DNA of 64,000 nt from Octopus sinensis (lineage: Eukaryota). A program made the translations under genes and the position numbers. Numbering within the stretch: position 1 is the stretch's first letter; every line of letters begins with the position of its first letter. Shown here piece after piece: positions 1 to 12,400 of this stretch. The stretch covers positions 14,892,464 through 14,956,463 of the forward strand of contig NC_043011.1 in assembly GCF_006345805.1 (NCBI RefSeq). Direction: 5' to 3'. The notes under the pieces were generated by a model, which saw only the letters and a program-made list of their open reading frames with translations, had not been told where the DNA came from and searched no databases.

Positions 1-343
1 CTTGCTTACCAGCCACATGGTTCCGGGTTCAGTCCCACTGCATGGCACCTTGGGCAAGTGTCTTCTACTATAGCTTCGGGCCGACCAAAGCCTTGTGAGT
101 GGATTTGGCAGACGGAAACTGAAAGAAGCCCGTCGTATATATGTGTATATATATGTGTGCATTTGTGTGCCTGTGTTTGTCCCTCCAACATTGCTTGACA
201 ACTGATGCTTTAGCGATTTGGCAAAAGAGACCGATGGAAAAAGTACTAGGCTTACAAAGAATAAGACCTGGGGTCGATTTGCTCGACTAAAGGCGGTGCT
301 CCAGCATGGCCACAGTCAAATGACTGAAAGAAGTAAAAGAGTA
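1..343 (+). mobile_element. tRNA-derived SINE family A (CORE-like), 5' end cut by window edge
   Basis: B-box-like GGTTCAGTCCC, CORE-like CCTTGGGCAAGTGTC, internal (TA)n(TG)n, tail CTAAAGGCGGTGCTCCAGCATGGCC...GACTGAAA..GTAAAAGA; same sequence recurs at 4318, 7313, 23860, 36287, 40408. Confidence 0.85.
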
Positions 344-676
344 ATAACTCAACTACAACACTATACTCAAATAAAAAATAGTACTACCTGTAGAAGTTTA
401 CAGTGTAATATTTAACGGGGTCAGGAAATAGTATATAGCTGTGATTATGGATGAAACATATTTCATTGATTACCAATGTGACCAAGGTCTTCTCAGATAG
501 AACTTTGCTGAGACTACAAAGCAAAATAGATCTGCTCCGTTAAGATACACAAGAGACTACAAAACAACAATAACATAAGTTTCTTCAACCAATAGTCACC
601 AGAGACTAAATAACAATAAGATAGGTTTGCTCAAAGATCATCCTCTACAAACTAATCAACAACATCAGTAACAAAG

Positions 677-680
<4 letters not shown>

Positions 681-707
<27 letters not shown>

Positions 708-720
708 GCAGCAGCAGCAT
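681..720 (+). repeat. (CAA)n(CAG)n microsatellite
   Basis: direct reading. Confidence 0.9.
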
Positions 721-723
721 TCA

Positions 724-1057
724 GTGGAGGCACAATGGCCCAGCGGTTAAGGCAGCGGCTCGCGGTCGGAGTATCACGGTTTCGATTCGCATACTGGGCG
801 TTGTGTGTGTTTATTGAGCGAAAACACCTAAAGCTCCACGAGACTCTGGCAAGGGGTGGTGGCGACCCCTGTTGTACTCTTTCTTCCTGTTTCTTGTCCC
901 CAACTTCCTACACAACCGCTGAGCCTGGATGCGCATTCATCCATCCGTCAATGCTCTCGATTTTGGGGGTTGACCTGCTTTCTCTTCTGCAGGTTTTATG
1001 AATAGCAAAGGACCACGTTTTGGACTTCTCCCAAACACTCAACAAACAAACAAACAA
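724..1057 (+). mobile_element. tRNA-derived SINE family B, tail type 1
   Basis: head GTGGAGGCACAATGGCCCAGCGGTT...GGTTTCGATTC (A/B boxes, Arg-TCG-like loop), ends in (AAAC)n; tail matches 16964-17238. Confidence 0.85.
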
Positions 1058-1074
1058 GTAGCAGCAGCAGTTTC

Positions 1075-1440
1075 TGATTTAGGCACAAGGGCAGCACTTT
1101 TGAGGGGAAATGATTAGTCAACATCATCGAGTCTTGTACTTGACTGCTACTGTATTTTATCAGCTCCTCAAGGATGAAAGGAGAAGTGGAACCTAGTGAG
1201 ATTTGAACTTAGAATGTAAATTATTGATATCAAATTCTGACACAAAGCCAGAAATTTCAAGAAAAAGGTTAAGTCAATTACATTGACCCCCAGTACTCAA
1301 CTGGTACTTGATTTATTGACTCTGAAAGGATAAGAGGCAAAGTTGGCCCCTGCAGAATTTAAACACAGAATATAGAGATGGACAAAATGCTTAGCAGCAT
1401 TTTGGCCAGCCTGCTAATGATTCTGCTAGCTTGCTGCTTT
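1075..1440 (-). mobile_element. Two old, CpG-decayed SINE family C copies
   Basis: degenerate matches to GGATGAAAGGCAAAGT..GAATTTGAAC.CAGAA and ACCCCAGTACTCAACTGGTACTT. Confidence 0.7.
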
Positions 1441-1542
1441 ACCTTAAGTAAATACTGGTTTCAAATTTTGGCACTAGGCCAGCAATTTTTGTGGTGGTGG
1501 GGTTAAGTTGATTAAATTGATTCCAATACTCAATGCCTTACC

Positions 1543-1752
1543 TTAACCCTTTCATTACCAACCTGGCCAAAACCGCCTCTGGCTCTATAGTACAAATGTC
1601 TTGTTTTCTTAAGTTTGAATTAAAATCTTCCACCAAACCTTAGTCACTAGCTTAATGGTAACTAAGTTATTTTACTAAATTCTTTGTTATATTTAAAATA
1701 ATTGAAAGAAACACAGAGCATCTCAAAATAAATACGGTAATATAAGGGTTAA
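1543..1752. mobile_element. piggyBac-type MITE (TTAA target)
   Basis: TTAA-CCCTTTCATTACC ... GGTAATATAAGGG-TTAA; near-identical interior to 1949-2176. Confidence 0.75.
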
Positions 1753-1948
1753 GTAAATATTGCAAAGTGGTTTTGTTTATTGATCTAACTTTTCTACCAA
1801 TTCAATGAACATACCATATCATTTTCAAGCTATTGCAGCAAATTTTACAATGGTACAGATTGCAAATTAAAAGCATATCACACCAGTGTTGCTAACAGTT
1901 AAGTGTCTTGAAAACTTATATCTAAGTGTTTTTAATTTCTTTCAAGAT

Positions 1949-2176
1949 TTAACCCTTTCATTACCAACCCGGTTGAAACCGGCTCTGGCTTTGAGTACAA
2001 ATGTCTTATTTTCATAAGTGTTGAATTAAAATCTTCCACCAAACCTTAGTCACAATTTATGTTCCTAATACTAACTGAATGATAACTAAGTTATTTTATT
2101 AAATTCTTTGTTATATTTAAAGTAATTGAAAGAAACACAGAACATCTCAAAATGAATACAGTAACGAAAGGCTTAA
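1949..2176. mobile_element. piggyBac-type MITE (TTAA target), second copy
   Basis: TTAA-CCCTTTCATTACC ... AGTAACGAAAGGC-TTAA; same family as 1543-1752. Confidence 0.75.
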
Positions 2177-4317
2177 CCCAATATGGGCTGTTTTTCAGGA
2201 GTCTTTTTGAAATTATAATGTTTCCAGGATTAACCTGCAATTATCATCTTAAATAGTGAAAAATTGAATTTAGATAAATACATGTATAGAATATCTCATT
2301 GCATCAAGTAGTATTTTATCCCCATCAACAGAAATAATCATGTGATGCTGGAAGTATAGCAGATTAACAGTGAATTATTCTTTGCTGAACCCTTAACTGA
2401 GGTGTGATTTGCTAAGGCCTTAACTGTTTCTTTTGTCACCACTGTCAACACATATGTTCTTTAATAATATTTTCTTTATACTCAATGCTTATGAGGTTCA
2501 GAGAACTCATCTGATTTTTGATACAACTAATGCCATTTGGGGAAAAACTTAAAAATATTTTACCCATCAATTCACCTAATCAAAGAAAATATTTAGTTTA
2601 ACTTGTAAACAAAATTTTTATACTACTTAACAAAAGAATCCCCCTATTGTTCGATATCAATTGTCCTGAAATATCTCAATTTTCAAAACCAGACATGTAC
2701 ATAAAGGTCCTACAATACAGAATTGTATGTGTAATTCCATTTCAATCAATCAGCCAATGGTGCAGATATAGCATGATTATTCACCTGTATCTGGGTTAGT
2801 ATATTTCAGATAAGTATTAGTTATCTGCCAATAATGAACGAATCAAGTCGAGTTATTGATTTAACACTTTACTTTGCTGTTTTGTAAATCAAATCACATT
2901 CTTCCCAAAAGCACACGAATAAAGCTATTATAGATTACAATTTATATCTATTTCCGCAGAAATGTTTAACTTGCTAATAATTAGTTCAAGATACAAAGTG
3001 AACAAGTCTGGAAATAAAATATGCTGGTCAATTCATTCTACTCAATACAGATGTTTTCTATTCAGCTTATTGGTAGAAAAAATATGTAATAGATGCAGTA
3101 TTATTTCATAAACTGCAACACTCTGAAACAGACTCTAGACTATGAATAATCAAATTCTGTTGTTATATCCTATAAACTTTATCAAATACATTTTATAAGG
3201 AACAACGATTTGGCAGCATCATCAAACCGGTCTGAACATTTGGCAGGAAATATACAAAGCTAGACGAGTTTGGAAACTATTTTTACAAAAATTACTTGTG
3301 CAAAGAAAATGCTAGGAAGTAAATGAAATTATATCTAAGGTGGAGAAAGTAGAACATAAATCTTCAGCAGAGATGCAGATGTACATAGAAATATTGAACA
3401 CGTAAATGTGAGGATGTATTAAAGCTAGCTTGATATTTGCTTCAGTTTAGTTTATATATTTGTCTTGCAAAACATGACTGACTAATGTAACAATTCATGT
3501 ATAGAAAAATGTGTTCTGGAATACATAATTTAATATCAAAGTAACGTTTCTGCCTTTTATTCTGAAACGGTAGTCTGAGATTTGTTGATCTGAATAAAAT
3601 AAAACATCTGCCAGAGATCTTATCTCTTGTTTGGGAATTGGCAGCTCAACAAACTGAACCTAAAAACATGGCAGCTATTTATGAAAAGAGAGAGAGAGAG
3701 AGTGGAAGAGGAGGAAAGAGACTTGTGAGAACAATTACAAACGAAATGTACGGAAATATGGACTGTATGCTAGGCTATATATTACATGCATGTATTCTTA
3801 TAATCATATTTATGTTAAAACCTATTGTATCAAGTAAAAATTTGTTAGAGAAGGTGAGTTAAAATGGCAACTTCTCAAACAAAAGACAGAAATCTGACAA
3901 TTGTGTTATTTGATTGCATCCATTGTAAACCACAAATTTTATCAAAGAAATACTATACAATTGTATTATTTTTTAATGCGTGAATTTGTTAAATTATTCC
4001 AAAGAATGAATTAGCATTACATTCTCAGCTGACAAATTCTCACCACCACCTTTATATATATATATATTTTATATTTTTAGAACTGCAAGCTTTCTGATTA
4101 ACAAAACTGATACAACAGTTGAAATACCATATTTTAAGTAAAAATTTTAAATATTTAAACACATTTTAAAACAGTTTGTGATTGTTTAGCCACAGGTTAG
4201 GTCAACCTTATTTGAGTAAAACTATTATCAAAAGCATTCTGGCTATGACAGCTTGTGTTTTACTATTTTTGGAATATCTTCAATTACATTATTCAATGCG
4301 TTTTGTTTAAGACAGTT

Positions 4318-4481
4318 AGGCGCAGGAGTGGCAGTGTGGTAAGTAGCTTGCTAACCAACCACATGGTTCTGGGTTCAGTCCCACTGCATGGCATCTTGGG
4401 CAAGTGTCTTCTGCTATAGCCCTGGGCCGACCAATGCCTTGTGAGTGGATTTGGTAGATGGAAACTGAAAGAAGCCTGTCG

Positions 4482-4526
<45 letters not shown>

Positions 4527-4741
4527 TTGTGTGTCTGTGTTTGTCCCCCTAGCATTGCTTGACAACCGATGCTGGTGTGTTTACGTCCCCGTCGCTTAGC
4601 AGTTCAGCAAAAGAGACCGATAGAATAAGTACTGGGCTTACAAAGAATAAGTCCTGGGGTAGATCTGCTCGACTAAAGGCGGTGCTCCAGCATGGCTGCA
4701 GTCAAATGACTGAAACAAGTAAAAGAGTAAAAGAGTAAAAA
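4318..4741 (+). mobile_element. SINE family A, full length
   Basis: AGGCGCAGGAGTGGCAGTGTGG head, internal (TA)n(TG)n, GTAAAAGA tail repeats. Confidence 0.9.
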
Positions 4742-4839
4742 GCTTTATTTGAGGGATATTTGGGAGGGTGAATGGCCATGTAAAAGCTACCCCATTAATT
4801 CCTACAATTTAAACCATTCAATCCCATTGTTACAACATT

Positions 4840-5040
4840 AACCCTTTAGTATTCAGATTTCTCTGTCAAATGTAATGTTTATTTATTCACATTGTTTTGA
4901 ATTAATCATGCATTATCTTATAATTTCAAAGGTTTTGATGACATGATTGTTTATTTTTAGAATGACATTGTAGGGTAGGTGTGAGACACCAGATCTGGTC
5001 AGTTTGAACAAAAAAGAGGTAGATTATTTGGGCTGCACAA
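4840..5040. mobile_element. Probable TTAA-type DNA-transposon/MITE fragment
   Basis: starts TTAACCCTTTAGTATTCAG; no matching right end found. Confidence 0.35.
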
Positions 5041-5049
5041 AGCCAGATT

Positions 5050-5410
5050 TCACAGGAGATCTGCAATCAGAAAACCACTACTTTCAAAAATAAACGTTGC
5101 AAAGCGTTTAGAGTGGAGTAAAACCTCACAGAATTGATCACTAGAACAGTGGATGAATGTTATTTTCTCGGACGAGTCATCCTTTACCTTATTTCCAAGC
5201 ACCGGCTGAGTATACATGTGGAGACAGCCAAAAGAAGCATTTGACCCAGACTGCCTTCCTCCAACTGTTAAACATGGAGGAGGATCTGTGATAATCTTGG
5301 GGGCTATATCTTGGAAATCTGCCGGCACAATGGTTTCCTTTCATGGCAGAACTAATAGTCAAGACTATTTAAACTTTTTATCTGATCAAATTCATCCTAT
5401 GGTTGCAGAT
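5050..5410 (+). pseudogene. Tc1-family transposase fragment
   Basis: reads RKPLLSKINVAKRLEW...WMNVIFSDESSF.LFPS.G*VYMWRQPKEAFDPDCLPPTVKHGGGSVIILGAISW (FSDE first catalytic Asp; TVKHGGGSV motif); in-frame stops. Confidence 0.85.
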
Positions 5411-6218
5411 ATTTTATATGCAGAGTGCGGCAGAATAAACGCCCATTTTTATTTAGGAATTCTTATAGCATAAAAATTGTTTAACGTACTAATTTTTTAT
5501 GAGACAAAATTGATTACATTTGATAAAAAAACAAAAAAAAAAATGAAATAATGAAAATAAATTGCAGTAGTTTTAAGAAAGTTAATTAAGTATTGCTCCA
5601 GCAAAGTAACTTGATTCATTATGGAAAAAAAAATAACATGTTCAAAATGTTCCACTTCGTTTTTAGTACAATTCCGAACACTACTATCAACACTTCTACA
5701 AATCTTTCAACACTCTTTCATGTTAACTGCAGAAAATTAATCAGAAATTGTTTGTTTTAATTCAGGAATCACTTTTGTTTTCAGGAAGTAAACAAGATTT
5801 TTCAATACACCCCACAAGAAAATGTAAGGTTTCCGTAAGTCTGGTGATCATTACGTCTGGCCACTCAATTGCACTACGTCATCCAATACACCTCCCCTCA
5901 AAATTAAAATCTAAACCGGCTCCCTGTGCCGGTGACACGTAAAAGGCACCCACTACTCAAAATATGGGGGTTTAGTTCACAGGTGATCTAAATGATTAGG
6001 TACACTAGGTAAGTGCCGTAATGGATTACTAGGGCTCCAAGGTTATAGCCAAGACGGGAGTTATGGAACCATTTTAGATTTCCAATATAGCGGATATATA
6101 ATTGTTAAAGAGGACAGCAAACACTAGGGCAAGGCAAACATCTCAAGTCATATATATTATTATTATTGGAAAAATTTCAGTTTTACAGCTGTTTTGGGGA
6201 TATCCCAGAGTATGGGAT

Positions 6219-6281
<63 letters not shown>

Positions 6282-6282
6282 C

Positions 6283-6500
6283 CAGAGTAAACACATAAAT
6301 GTGAAACAAGGTGGAAAAAAAAAGTACTCAAATACCATTGGTAGAGTAATATGCTTTATTTAAAGCAGCAGAAAATTCTACAAAACCTGTTACTCTGAGT
6401 TTTGCGTTGCCGTTCATTGGACAGTTTTTGCTACAACAGCAACGTGAAACTCAGAGTAACAGGTTTTGTAGAATTTTCTGCTGCTTTAAATAAAGTATAT
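6283..6500. mobile_element. Penelope-like terminal-repeat remnant with 54-bp foldback, embedded in (TA)n
   Basis: arms 6349-6402 / 6447-6500 complementary with one mismatch; flanked both sides by TA microsatellite; Penelope assignment is inference. Confidence 0.5.
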
Positions 6501-6524
6501 ATACACATGGATATATACATATAT

Positions 6525-6577
<53 letters not shown>

Positions 6578-6625
6578 ATACACATATATACATACACGCA
6601 TATGTACATACATATATATGTATTT

Positions 6626-6697
6626 GGTCATGTGGTCTAGTGGTTAGGATTCCTGGCTTTCACCCAGGTGGCCCGGGTTTGACTCCCGGAATGGGAA
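6626..6697 (+). tRNA. tRNA-Glu: tRNA-Glu(TTC) pseudogene
   Basis: TGGTCTAGTGGTTAGGATTCCTGGCTTTCACCCAGGTGGCCCGGGTTTGACTCCCGGAATGGGAA; CCTGG/CCAGG anticodon stem with TTC; 5' acceptor strand no longer pairs; T-loop TTCGA>TTTGA. Confidence 0.85.
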
Positions 6698-7312
6698 CGC
6701 TAAATTTTTAAATGGCGGTGCATCAGCATGGCTGCAGCTCAGAGCAGAGACTAGAGAGAAAAAAAATATATATACATATACACACATACATATGCACAGA
6801 AATATGCACACACACATACGCATATTTTGTTGCTCTTTGGGAATGTGATTTTGTCATTCACTCCAGTTTTATTATCAATTAACTAATCACTGAAGTGGCT
6901 TGTCAATGACTTTTATTTCATTCTTTTGATCTTTCTGCTAGGTTTCCTTGGCTGTACTTATTCTGTGCCATCTCATTACACACACATGGTTTCATTGTTA
7001 TCTCATCTAAAATTGCTTAGTTAAGAGAACTAAAGAGTAGGACAGAGATAAACAGTATGTCAAATTGAATAGTAATGAGGAAATATAGACACATCTTTAT
7101 CAGCATTCTCATTCAGGATTCCTTACTTCTATTCACTATTTTTTTAGACAATGGAGAATTTCAGTAAGTATCCATTTTGACAGACATTTTAAGACCAAGA
7201 TAGCATTTATCAGATGAGGATTGTTCAAGCTATTGATAAGGCAAGATATGTCACTCATATTTCTGGTCATTACATTCAAGTAGAATCAAAGAGAAATAAT
7301 GATGTATCAAAC

Positions 7313-7730
7313 AGGCGCTGGAGTGGCTGTGTGGTAAGTAGCTTGCTAACCAACCACATGGTTCCGGGTTCAATCCCACTGCATGGCATCTTGGGCAAGT
7401 GTCTTCTGCTATAGCCTCGGACCAACCAAAGCCTTGTGAGTGGATTTAGTAGATGGAAACTGAAAGAAGTCTGTCGTATATATGTATATATATATATATA
7501 TGTGTATATGTTTGTGTGTCTGTGTTTGTTCCTCTAGCATTACTTGACAACCGATGCTGGTGTGTTTACATCCCCGTCACTTAGTGGTTCGGTAAAAGAG
7601 ACTGATAGAATAAGTACTGGGCTTACAAAGAATAAGTCCCGGAGTTGATTTGCTCGACTAAAGGCGGTGCTCCAGCATGGCCGCAGTCAAATGACTGAAA
7701 CAAGTAAAAAGAGAAAAAGAGAAAGAGAAA
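7313..7730 (+). mobile_element. SINE family A, full length
   Basis: same head/body/tail as 4318. Confidence 0.9.
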
Positions 7731-7957
7731 CACTGGCTTTGGGGCATATTTCAGAGTTACTAACTTACTCCTACGCATTTTAGTTTGCTATGATTGCTTA
7801 TTAATTATGCAAATGATTTAAGTGAATTACACACATGCAACTAGCACTGTATTTCACAGTAAATGTATCTGTTCATTTACAAAAAGAAATTATTAAGGAA
7901 ATTTATTTGCTTACAAGAAATATGGATGTTAAGGACAATATACAGCACAGTAATATT

Positions 7958-8360
7958 TGTTTCTTTATTACCCACAAGGGGCTAAACATAGAGGGAACAA
8001 ACAAGGACAGACAAAGGGATTAAGTCGATTACATCGACCCCAGTGCGTAACTAGTTCTTAATTTATCGACCCTGAAAGGATGAAAGGCAAAGTCAACCTC
8101 GGCGGAATTTGAACTCAGAACGTAACAGCAGACGAAATACCTATTTCTTTACTACCCACAAGGGGCTAAACACAGAGGGGACAAACGGGTTAAGTCGATT
8201 ACATCGACTCCAGTGCGTAACTGGTACTTAATTTATCAACCCTGAAAGGATGAAAGGCAAAGTCGACTTGAGCGGAATTTGAACTCAGAACGTAACGGCA
8301 GACGAAATACGGATACGCATTTCACCTGGCATGCTAACGGTTCTGCCAGCTCGCTGCCTT
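7958..8360 (-). mobile_element. Dimeric SINE family C with 16-bp TSD
   Basis: two tandem C units joined at GAAATA-GG-TATTTC; ACAGCACAGTAATATT at 7942-7957 and 8362-8377. Confidence 0.85.
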
Positions 8361-8772
8361 CACAGCACAGTAATATTGTCTACAAGATGCAGCACAAGAA
8401 TGTTCTGTACAGGATATGTAAATTTAAAGTTATATACAGAAGAATGTAGAGTACAAGCAGGGCCACCCCTAGGGTTGCTGGTGCCCTGGGAAAGCTGAAC
8501 TTCAGTTTTTAAAAGCTGATGGTCGAGGAAATTTCCTTGTCTTTGTCAGGACCTCCTTGGCACTCCCTAGCACATGGTGCCCCAAGCGACTGCCTGAGTT
8601 ACCGTTACCTTGAGCTGGTCCTGAGTACTAGACATAGGAATGCTAATTACAGCACAGAACAGAAGAATATTATTATGTATTATGAATGTTAATTATAGGA
8701 CAGAGAAATGTTAAAAAACAGGACATATGAATGTTAAATACTTGATATATGTATCTTATATATAAAAAAAAA

Positions 8773-9019
8773 TGTTCCTTCTCGAGCCATGCCAAGCTCA
8801 TAAGGGTTGGTTTTCCGGTTTCAGTGGCGTAGAAGTTCCCCACCTGGACGGAACGCCAGTCCGTCACAGGATTATTCATTTTTGTCAGCTGAGTGGACTG
8901 GAGCAACGTGAAATGATGTATTTTGCTCAAGAATACAACGCATCACCCGGTCCAGGAATCGAAACCACAACCTTACGATCATGATTCAACACCCTAACCA
9001 CTAAGCCATGCGTCTCCAC
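8773..9019 (-). mobile_element. SINE, B-related head with CORE-like body and tail type 2
   Basis: GTGGAGACGCATGGCTTAGTGG head on minus strand; TATGTATCTTA repeated on both flanks; similar to 57137-57390. Confidence 0.8.
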
Positions 9020-9724
9020 CTATGTATCTTAGGTTACAAGACACAGAAATATTTAATACAGGATGTAGCTCAAGAACGTTAAGTACAGAGCAATGAAATA
9101 TTGTGTAAAAGATACTAAAATGTTTTGTAGAAGACACAGAGAAAAGTTTAGAGCAGAAGTCCAGGATTTATGAATGTGAGGCACTGTAAATCATATTGAT
9201 TTATGAAGGGATTAATCATAAAATAGACAGAAATGCTCTAACTAATTACATCTTAATGTTGAAGTTACGATTTGAACCTATAGCTTTGGATTTCAAGACA
9301 TCAATAACTGTAAAATGTTTCGTCTATACCAATAAATCATTTATTTTGGCATACTGAAATGTTGCGAAATTTATTTCATAAATCAAAAAAGGTTAACAAC
9401 ATTGTCAGACATGTCAGATGGAAAGTTCCAGATAAAATTGATTATTTAGGCCAAGTTGTTGAAAAGAAAGAGAAAGAAATAGTTGATTGCTGGCTCTGAT
9501 GAATAATGCACATTTTTCCTTGTTTCCAACATCAAAATTGCAACACAAATTCTTTATGATTACAACATTGGCGTTATCTCTAGTTATTACAGTTTCAAAT
9601 TACAAAAAAATACTTGCCTTGTGTTAGTGTTTGTTTCTTTTTCATTCTCACATAGAAAAGAACTTCTTTGAGCTCAAAGAAGCGAAATAGTTTTTCAGTC
9701 ATTAAGTACCACCAAAAAATTATA

Positions 9725-9752
9725 CCTTACCTGAAAAATAAATAAGAAAAAC
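9725..9752 (-). other. Recursive-splice-like 3'SS/5'SS juxtaposition
   Basis: minus strand TTTTCTTATTTATTTTTCAG|GTAAGG; junction between 9731 and 9730. Confidence 0.45.
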
Positions 9753-10261
9753 CATTACTCCTAATCTGAGATTAAGTTAAAAGAAATGATAAAAATTTTT
9801 AAATTGAAAAGAAAATGAAAACAAATCGACATCATCAAAACAACATTTTAATAGAATATTTTAAAACATTCTATTAGATTCAAAAGAAAAATAATATCAA
9901 AACTGCAGTACCCAGTCTTAATGAATTGGAAATATTTCAGCACTGCTATTTAATTCTTAAAGTAAATAAATAGAAATATAAGTATTTATTCCATTACAAA
10001 GTTACCATACTGAAAGATATCTAATTAGATTTCATGTTTTTTTAACCCAAACCATTTCAACAAATGGGAGAAGTCATTCTGTAGAAAAGAAATGCCAACA
10101 AGTCAGTTATTGATTACTCATTGATTTATTCAAAAATACATTCCATGTTCCTTTGAAGATAAGAATATTGATAAAAAAAACAAAAAAAAAACTATGTATA
10201 TAGATGTTTGTGTGAGTATATGTGTGTTTGTGCATGGGTGTATGTATGTGCATATATTTAT

Positions 10262-10298
<37 letters not shown>

Positions 10299-10730
10299 CA
10301 CATACATAATACATACATGCACACATATATATGTATATATGTGTGTGTATATGTATGCATATGTATACATGTATGTGTGCATGGGTATAAGGGTGTGTCT
10401 TTGGATGTGAATGCATGTATATATGAAACTTTTTTTTTTTTCAATATTTTATTTTGGAAATATGTTTTAGTTTAACTTTTTCTGATAAAGATTTTTTTTA
10501 TTTCTCTTTCATGGGGCTTTATGTTTTTTCTCACAACTAAGTCTATTAATGTTTCAAGCTTTTCACAACCTCATCATCCAAATGACTTAATAATACTACT
10601 TATGTGCATGTTTATGTGTGTGTGTGTGCATATATATATATATGTATATACACACACATACATGGAAATGTATTTATATATATGTATATGTATCTGTGTG
10701 TATATATGTAATATATATATGTATATATAT

Positions 10731-10930
10731 AAAGGGAAAGTTTACGAAAATAAACAAAAGACGAAGGCAGGTGGTGTACAAACAAACAAATGTATTAGTA
10801 TAGCGCTCAGGAAAATAAGGACATAAAAGTCTTTTACGTTACGAGCCTACGCTCTTCGACAGAAAGATACACAGAAAAAAACAAGGAGAGAAACAAGGAA
10901 AGAAAAAAATGCGATCTATCATGGCGTCCT
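10731..10930 (-). mobile_element. Penelope-like pLTR remnant with hammerhead-like motif (10830-10867)
   Basis: same family as 46623-46800; adjoins (TA)n; minimal type I hammerhead layout. Confidence 0.6.
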
Positions 10931-10947
10931 GACTTTGGACAGTGGTC

Positions 10948-10983
<36 letters not shown>

Positions 10984-11249
10984 GGAAGATGTGAGATTCG
11001 TTGAAAGCATGTGAAATAACCTAGAAAAGATACAGGATCCACCAAAAGATTTGGCTGCTATTTCTGACACACCCTGCTACCACATAGCAGATGTTCCGGT
11101 CAAGAACTTTTGCTAAAATTCGTGACTGTCCATCGAGAGGTTTACTTGAAATCCATCCTTCGTTTCATTTTGATATTGCCACATTTGAACACACGTGTTC
11201 GAGAATGGATTTTCAGTATTCGTGAAAATTGTAACAATGACATGGAAAG

Positions 11250-11800
11250 AGATGGTGAAGAATGACCTTTGAACGTTGGGCCTCACAGAGGCAATATCAG
11301 GAGACCGAGACCTTTGGAGATATGCTGTGATTGAGAAGATCCAGCAACTAAAGTGAGATTGCAGCCATGGCAGTTGCCAGTGGTGCATGTCTGACCCATT
11401 TAAAAGTACCCTTGATGCATCAGGTGATATATGCTTGGAAAGACCTGTTGAGTCAAGGAAAACTAAAATCGTAGCTGTGGCAAGTACCCCCTGACTGGGT
11501 CCGAATCCAGTGGCATGTAAAATGCATCATCCGAATGTGGTCGATACCAGTGGCCCCGGACTGGCTCCCGTGCTGGTGGCATGTAAAAACCACTATCCAA
11601 ATGTGATCGATGCCAGACTCATGTGTCTGGCTCCTTTGCCAGTGGCACGTAAAAAGCACCCACTACACTCTTGAAGGGGTTGGCGTTAGGAAGTATATCA
11701 GCTGTAGAAACATTGCCATATCAGATTGGAGCCTGGTGCAGCCGCTGGTTTTCCAGATCTCAGTCAAAACCGTCCAACCCATAGAAAAAAATCATTCTTT
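11250..11800 (+). mobile_element. RTE-clade LINE 3' end with repeat-containing 3' region
   Basis: decayed TWKE.VKNDL.TLGLTEA...DRDLWRYAV-type C-terminus; ~66-bp repeats (GTGGCAYGTAAAA at 11510, 11576, 11642); related fragment at ~5925-5955. Confidence 0.65.
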
Positions 11801-12184
11801 CTACTAGCATCCTGTACAAATGGATCTAGTTGGCAAGTGAATTATTATAGGCTAAAACAGACGTTAAATGATGATGATATATATATGTATGTATTTGTCT
11901 CCATATATATATATATATATACATATGTATGTATGTATGTATTTGTATATATATATATATATTTGTGTGTATATATATATATATATATATATGTATTTGT
12001 ATGTATGTATGTATGTATATATATATGTGTGTGTGTGTGTATGTATATACAGTGATAATATAGCATTAGAGTGGAAGATAACAGGTTTTAAGAGTAGATC
12101 CTAACATATGTTTATGCACCACACACCTGCTTTAAGTTGCTGAGCTTATATTAAAAAAACATTATAGAAACATGTGGTTGCCAA

Positions 12185-12400
12185 CTAACTGTTTCCAGTT
12201 TTGGCACAAGACCAACAATTTTGAGGGAGGGGTAACTCAATTACATGAAGCCCAGTATCCAACTGGTACTTACTTTATTGACTCAGAAATGATGAAAGGC
12301 AAAGTCGATTTTGGTTTAGTTTGAACTCAGAATGTAAAGAGATGAAATACTGGTAAGCATCTTGCCCAGTGTGCTAATGATTCTGCCAGCTCACCATCTT
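12185..12400 (-). mobile_element. Old CpG-decayed SINE family C copy
   Basis: GATGAAAGGCAAAGTCGA..TTTGAACTCAGAATGT..GCTAATGATTCTGCCAGCTC. Confidence 0.75.

Noticed and set aside
2570-2600. Weaker minus-strand AG|GT motifs (2575, 43344, 59197)
   Set aside because: Non-consensus donors or weak pyrimidine tracts; expected by chance in AT-rich DNA.
11470-11660. CRISPR-like repeat-spacer array
   Set aside because: Degenerate ~66-bp minisatellite in an RTE 3' region of a eukaryotic genome; no cas genes or unique spacers.
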